Shown here one piece after another: positions 57,701 through 64,000 of a stretch of 64,000 nucleotides of DNA; the stretch's first letter is position 1, and each line of letters opens with the position of its first letter. The notes under the pieces were generated by a model, which worked only from the letters and a program-made list of their open reading frames with translations, was not told where the DNA came from and did no database searches. The stretch comes from Macrostomum lignano (lineage: Eukaryota), in contig NIVC01000647.1 in assembly GCA_002269645.1 (NCBI GenBank), positions 62,001 through 126,000 of the forward strand, written 5' to 3'. Both the position numbers and the translations under genes were made by a program.

Positions 57701-60700
57701 AAGCTCAATCTCGTGTGCTTTTCCGGTAGCATAACTAAGCTGGGTTTCTTTCCCTAGCGGAGGAACAACAGTGATTTCCGTTCCGCCCTTCTTGCTGCCT
57801 TTTTCTCTACTACCTCCTGTCTTCCTTATACGATATTAGGTATAGATAGGCATTTTTGGTCACGCCACATTGACATGGGTCTATCGGGAATTTTTAGCAT
57901 AATTCTCTGCCCGTTTCAAAGTGTGGGTGAACTTCGGCATGAGAAACAGCTGCTGCAACTGCTGCTTGCTAAAATGGCTATGTAGACTCTGCAGCGGGAT
58001 TCTAGAATCGAGAGCTGATTGAATTTTGCGAGTCAAGCGGGTTTGAGTTTCCCAGCACGAGCGTCTCTCCCCAACACTGCACAGTCTTTGAGAAGAAGAG
58101 GGAGACGTTTTCAGAGGAAATTGGCGCCTGCCAAGGTGCTCTGAAAGCTTCTCCCCGAGTGGGGTCGCTTCTGCGTCTGCAGTCAGGCCTTGGAGAGAAA
58201 TGAGCAAAGTTTTTCGATTTTTAGAATGATAGTCCGAAATTTAACTTTAGACATTCATTTAGTGAGCTGCATTTGACCCTGAATCTCTAAAAATTAATAA
58301 ATTATCACTTAAAGCACCTTTGTCAATTTGTTTGCTTTAAAAAATCAAGTGCTTGGGGAGTTGCTGAGATGCCAATTGGCTCAATGAGGAGTTGCTGAGA
58401 TGCCAATTGGCTCAATGAGGAGTTGCTGAGATGCCAATTGGCTCAATGAGGAGTTGCTGAGATGCCAATTGGCTCAATGAGGAGTTGCTGAGATGCCAAT
58501 TGGCTCAATGGGAGTTGCTAAGATGCCAATTGGCTCAATGAGGAGTTGCTGAGATGCCAATTGGCTCAATGAGGAGTTGCTGAGATGCCAATTGGCTCAA
58601 TGAGGAGTTGCTGAGATGCCAATTGGCTCAATGAGGAGTTGCTGAGATGCCAATTGGCTCAATGAGGAGTTGCTGAGATGCCAATTGGCTCAATGGGGAG
58701 TTGCTAAGATGCCAATTGGCTCAATGAGGAGTTGCTGAGATGCCAATTGGCTCAATGAGGAGTTGCTGAGATGCCAATTGGCTCAATGAGGAGTTGCTGA
58801 GATGCCAATTGGCTCAATGGGGAGTTGCTAAGATGCCAATTGGCTCAATGAGGAGTTGCTGAGATGCCAATTGGCTCAATGAGGAGTTGCTGAGATGCCA
58901 ATTGGCTCAATGGGGAGTTGCTGAGATGCCAATTGGCTCAATGGGGAGTTGCTAAGATGCCAATTGGCTCAATGAGGAGTTGCTGAGATGCCAATTGGCT
59001 CAATGGGGAGTTGCTGAGATGCCAATTGGCTCAATGGGGAGTTGCTAAGATGCCAATTGGCTCAATGAGGAGTTGCTGAGATGCCAATTGGCTCAATGAG
59101 GAGTTGCTGAGATGCCAATTGGCTCAATGGGGAGTTGCTAAGATGCCAATTGGCTCAATGAGGAGTTGCTGAGATGCCAATTGGCTCAATGGGGAGTTGC
59201 TGAGATGCCAATTGGCTCAATGAGGAGTTGCTGAGATGCCAATTGACTCAATGGGGAGTTGCTGAGATGCCAATTGGCTCAATGAGGAGTTGCTGAGATG
59301 CCAATTGGCTCAATGAGGAGTTGCTGAGATGCCAATTGGCTCAATGAGGAGTTGCTGAGATGCCAATTGGCTCAATGAGGAGTTGCTGAGATGCCAATTG
59401 GCTCAATGGGGAGTTGCTAAGATGCCAATTGGCTCAATGAGGAGTTGCTGAGATGCCAATTGGCTCAATGAGGAGTTGCTGAGATGCCAATTGGCTCAAT
59501 GAGGAGTTGCTGAGATGCCAATTGGCTCAATGAGGAGTTGCTGAGATGCCAATTGGCTCAATGAGGAGTTGCTGAGATGCCAATTGGCTCAATGAGGAGT
59601 TGCTGAGATGCCAATTGGCTCAATGGGGAGTTGCTGAGATGCCAATTGGCTCAATGGGGAGTTGCTAAGATGCCAATTGGCTCAATGAGGAGTTGCTGAG
59701 ATGCCAATTGGCTCAATGGGGAGTTGCTGAGATGCCAATTGGCTCAATGGGGAGTTGCTAAGATGCCAATTGGCTCAATGAGGAGTTGCTGAGATGCCAA
59801 TTGGCTCAATGAGGAGTTGCTGAGATGCCAATTGGCTCAATGGGGAGTTGCTAAGATGCCAATTGGCTCAATGAGGAGTTGCTGAGATGCCAATTGGCTC
59901 AATGAGGAGTTGCTGAGATGCCAATTGGCTCAATGAGGAGTTGCTGAGATGCCAATTGACTCAATGGGGAGTTGCTGAGATGCCAAGACTCAATGGGGAG
60001 TTGCTGAGATGCCAATTGACTCAATGGGGAGTTGCTGAGATGCCAATTGACTCAATGGGGAGTTGCTGAGATGCCAAGACTCAATGGGGAGTTGCTGAGA
60101 TGCCAATTGACTCAATGGGGAGTTGCTGAGATGCCAATTGACTCAATGGGGAGTTGCTGAGATGCCAATTGACTCAATGGGGAGTTGCTGAGATGCCAAT
60201 TGACTCAATGGGGAGTTGCTGAGATGCCAATTGACTCAATGGGGAGTTGCTTAGATGCCAATTGACTCAATGGGGAGATGCTGAGATGCCAAGACTCAAT
60301 GGGGGAGGTGCTGAGATGCCAAGACTCAATGGGGAGTTGCTGAGAAGCCCATTGGCTCAACGGGAAGGTACTGAGATGCCATGGCTTAATGGGGAGTTGC
60401 TGAAATGCCATGGCTCAATGGGGAGTTGCTGAGATGCTCAATGGGGAGTTGCTGAGATGCTCAATGGGGAGTTGCTGAAATGCCTTGGCTCAATGGGGAA
60501 TTGCTGAAATGCCAAGACTCAATGGGGAGTTGCTGAAATGCCATGGCTCAATGGGGGAGGTGCTGAGATGCCAAGACTCAATGGGGGAGGTGCTGAGATG
60601 CCAAGACTCAGTAGGGAGTTGCTCGCATCGCGCAGCCAACTTGCTCACCATGCTGTGACAGCCAGGCTGCTGCTGGCACCAGCGACAGTCGGCAGTCAGT

Positions 60701-61032
60701 GGCCTGTAGGACCGTCTCCAAGCGATGGCGTCGCGCAGCTGCTTCTCGGCGGCGTCGATGTTCCATTCACGGGCTTTGAGAAATCGCAGTAATCTGTTCG
60801 GACATTGGGCAATGGGAAATTGCTGATGCTATGACTAATCTAGGGATTTGACTGCATGATTGTGAAGATGTAATAATTTGACTAATTGTGGCTTCGATTA
60901 AGAGACAAACGTTTGGGCCACTAAGCCACGCACTCACGTTTCATCCTCCTGAATGTAGTTTTCGTCTGGCAGCGGTTCCTCGTCTGCAATTCTTATGCGC
61001 AGCTCTTTCAGTAGCTGGTCGTGATTGCTCAT
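51730..61032 (-). CDS. CRAL-TRIO (Sec14/Pdr16-like) lipid-transfer protein, 353 aa, 4 coding exons
   Basis: Exons 61032-60938, 60793-60649, 56259-56082 and 52373-51730, 1062 nt, in phase. CRAL_TRIO_N motif LLRFLKAREWNIDAA; RQVGFDESGRPVIY; WIFVIDCTG; NFYPERLGKVF; VWCAIQRFLHPATAAKM. Confidence 0.92.
52390..54635. repeat. Intronic minisatellite, 24-26-bp unit GATGGCACTGACGGGACTGAGGGG
   Basis: About 90 copies; homogeneous 24-mers near the acceptor, variable 25-26-mers further away. Confidence 0.96.
55325..55930. repeat. GA-rich low-complexity array (GAGATGAGAGGAGAAGA-like)
   Basis: Purine-only degenerate repeat on the + strand; polypyrimidine on the sense strand. Confidence 0.9.
56565..57635. 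repeat. Intronic 21-bp minisatellite GAATCTGCTGCATTCTACACT
   Basis: About 51 copies; variant block repeated at 504-bp spacing (about 56791 and 57295). Confidence 0.96.
58355..60625. repeat. Intronic 31-bp minisatellite GAGTTGCTGAGATGCCAATTGGCTCAATGAG
   Basis: About 70 copies (period 31: 58391 and 58422); palindromic GCCAATTGGC core; degenerates toward the donor at 60648. Confidence 0.96.
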
Positions 61033-62968
61033 TTCTGTACCTGACAGTTGAACAAACCAGCTCAGCTCCGATGGTTGCTAGAAGGTGGACCACGATTTTC
61101 TGTTGAGGTGTGCTCGTGTAGATTGTGGAATAGTTTTATGTGAGTCGCCAATCTGTTTTTCTGTGTGAGTTCCGTGAGCTCCGTACACTGCACAAGTTTG
61201 AGAACTCCGGACGAATTAGAAAAAATCGATTGACTTGGCTTGTAATAGTGGGCAAAGCTAGAGAGAACAGAGAGAGAAGAGAGGAGTGTGAGACTTAACT
61301 ACTGTAAGTCGCGTACACACAGCGCATTGTGCGTATGTGTGAGATCCGTTGGTCACGGACTGCAGTGGCATGAAACTGTGCGGTTTGTATTGACGTACAT
61401 ATGACGCTCGTAATTTTGACTTTCAAACTTTTTTTGATACTATAAAGAAAACTTTTAAAAAGTATAAAGAAGTGGCTATAACTTGTGTAGTCGTTCCTAA
61501 CGCCTCAGTCAAAATGATTGTCTCTGCAATGTGGCTATAGCGTAGGTGATTCGAGCTGTGCTATAACGGTAAATGGCAATAAACACATTTATAATGTATT
61601 ACATGGCTCTAATATGTAGCGTAAAAATTCACTAAATCAATTAATATAGTAGCGTGTTTTACATGTATAACAACCGATGCTAAAATCTCACGGTTACCTG
61701 TAACTGCAAATGTATGGTTCAGAATGATAAGAAAAGCACGCCCAAGTGAAAAGAAAATACATGCTAACGAGCTCGTAAAATAATTACTTTGTTAAGCTTA
61801 CGGCTATCAAATTTTTGCGGTGACTGATTGAGCCGTTTTCTCTATCAGATCCTGTTTTCCTGACCTCATGCACTATTTGGAACGGAAATTGGAGAATAAT
61901 CGCCCGAACAGCAGTGAACCCACCATCCGAATGGTCTCCGGGGAACGAAAAATCGCCATTATTGGCTCAGAATCAATTGAGTAAGAGCTAAAAAAGCTGA
62001 CATGTTTATTGTTTAAGTTGGTCGTAGTTAAAGTATGTTAATGCACGGGACTTTCGGATTTTTTAAGCACACTTTTAAACAAAAGCATTGTACATTTTTC
62101 AACTTCAATTCTATTGTAAAAGAAATTAGACGCTGTAAATTTATCTTTTAAAATTACAAGTAGCTCATTGTCTAAACTTTGAAGAAACGCTTGAAAAAAT
62201 CACACGAATATCCACTGTACATCTGCTGCGCAATTTTAAATCCCATACAATTAAACTGTTGACTTATCCATTGTCACCGCGCCACTTATTTATTTATTTG
62301 CTCGTAAGCTATCGCAAGTTGGTTTTAACACTCGGGTAAGTTTGTCTTAATAAAAAACTTAACCTAATAGCTTGCTTTTTTAGCCATTTAAGAAATATCG
62401 GTTGATTTTTTAATCTAATTTATGTAATAAGACCAGTCGAAATAAGCACAATTTTTCAACCTACCAAACCAATTAAAAATAAATAATGAGCTGGTTTTAT
62501 TGATTCAGTAGTTGATTTTGTCAATGTAATCAAATAGTTTTTATATCAAAATGCATTCAGTTTAAATTTGTTTTCAAATATTGAAACTGAAAGTTACAAA
62601 ATATTATACATTATAATAGTACAAATTATTAATCATATTAATAAATGATTCTGGTTATTTTAGATTCTGCTTGGTAAAAATGTAATGTAGTTCCCACTTC
62701 GATCTAACGCATCTAGGCTATTTATCACATTTTATTCAGAAACAAAGAAAAGTAGTAGTGCTAGTGGTATTATTGTAAAATTTGAATTTTTTTTAATTTG
62801 AAAATTTGAATTTGAAATATTTGCATAGTTTTGTTAAATTTTAAGTGGCATTTATTTTATAGGATTCTCTTTCATCTTAAACCTAGACTTCCCATTAATA
62901 GTTATAAGAGCCTTCAAGTTTGATGGATTTTCATAAAAACACTTGAACGTGATGAACTGACTTTCAGA

Positions 62969-63542
62969 ATGAGCAGCACTAACAATCAGCAGCAGAAGGA
63001 TGCAAGCAGCAGCAACAGCACGCAGCCCTCGCTGTCCAGCGCAGCCTCGGGTAGCAACAACTGCGCCAAGACGGAGGACAAGGCCAGCCAAGGCAAGAAG
63101 CCTCGCGGTCCCCGTGCTGGGAGCAAGCGGCACCAGCACGAAGCTGGTCAGAGACAGCAGCAGCGACAGCTGATCCGCTACAACCGGGACACGCTCCTGC
63201 AGATGCGCGACTCCCGCCTGTCATCAGCCTGGCCCAGGGCTCTGAACAGAGCGTACGTGGGCGACGGAGGCCTGTGGGACCCGGTGAAACTCTTCGAGGG
63301 AGAGCGGAAGAGCGCCTTCGAGAGCAAGACGAAGATTGAGCGAGTCAGGAACGGTGAGACTTTCTGCCATTTTTCTCCCATCTTGCCTGATAATTAATTC
63401 TATGTTGATGCTGCAACTCCCTGATCATCGTCGCACCAAACTGAACTTTCAGTTCGTGGTGCCGCCATGGTGCAGCCATCTTACAGCAGCGGGCCCAGCG
63501 CCGAAGACAGCCAGTCGTTTGGAAGGTCATCGAGACGAAGAA
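62969..63542 (+). CDS. EIF4ENIF1: eIF4E transporter (4E-T)-like protein, 5' partial; probably continues beyond the window
   Basis: Exons 62969-63353 and 63453-63542 (phase 1 / phase 1). Canonical eIF4E-binding YxxxxL-phi motif (YNRDTLL) followed by SSAWP...GGLWDP, matching the 4E-T N-terminal YTKEELL...GVWDP pattern. A possible upstream in-frame exon lies at 61868-61980. A shorter C8orf88-like relative cannot be excluded. Confidence 0.72.
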
Positions 63543-64000
63543 GTGAGTTGCTGGCTGCTGCAAATAAAATTTCGTATGGATCATCAATTAATTTTTTATG
63601 TAGGCTCTTCTGTCATCACTTGTGCTAGCGTTACTTCTAACCCACATTCCGTACTAGTTCGAAAAGAAATTGTTTTTACACCAATTTTTTATTTGAAATT
63701 ATCCAAAAAACTTTGCGTCATAGCAAGTGCTTCCATGTGCTATGATGCCTTTCCTATTACTGAGTATTTTAGCTGTGAGAGAGGGGCTTAAGCCAGTTTG
63801 CTGAATCAGGAGAGGTGTGAACAGTTTGCCTGATGCGTAAACCCCCTTTCCCTTAAAAACTGCCCCAGAACTGCCGATTGGTTATAAGTGCAGCCACTTT
63901 GACTTTTTATTATCGATTGTTGAATGTACATATACAAATGTACATTTGTCAGGCTGAACGGTTTGAATTTGGGGGGAGGGGTTGTAGAGGGGGTAAGAAA

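Overview
This is eukaryotic (metazoan) genomic DNA, not prokaryotic. It has GC-rich exons, GT-AG introns, and about one third of the window (my rough tally is about 22 kb) in micro- and minisatellite arrays, mostly inside introns. This style suggests a Macrostomum-like flatworm, which is inference only. Most long ORFs in the supplied track are repeat read-throughs or antisense shadows. Splicing by hand gave these genes in order: (1) an internally deleted, RT-less non-LTR retrotransposon; (2) a two-exon 78-aa secreted Gly/Pro-rich peptide that the ORF track misses; (3) a DOMON + cytochrome b561 (FRRS1-like) protein; (4) class I fructose-bisphosphate aldolase; (5) a CCHamide/bombesin/endothelin-family GPCR with altered activation motifs; (6) an SLC26 anion transporter with N-terminal micro-exons; (7) a PhyH-type 2OG-Fe(II) dioxygenase; (8) a hAT-type MITE with a perfect 8-bp TSD; (9) an ARM-like + TIR gene split by a -1 frameshift; (10) a SUR1/OCH1-like GT32 glycosyltransferase, plus a stray copy of part of its exon; (11) a CRAL-TRIO lipid-transfer protein; (12) the 5' part of an eIF4E-transporter (4E-T)-like gene. 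The strongest leads are the secreted peptide, the frameshifted ARM-TIR gene (which may also be catalytically dead), and the repeated pattern of intronic arrays whose units overlap or supply the splice sites. No CRISPR, rRNA or tRNA genes were supported.
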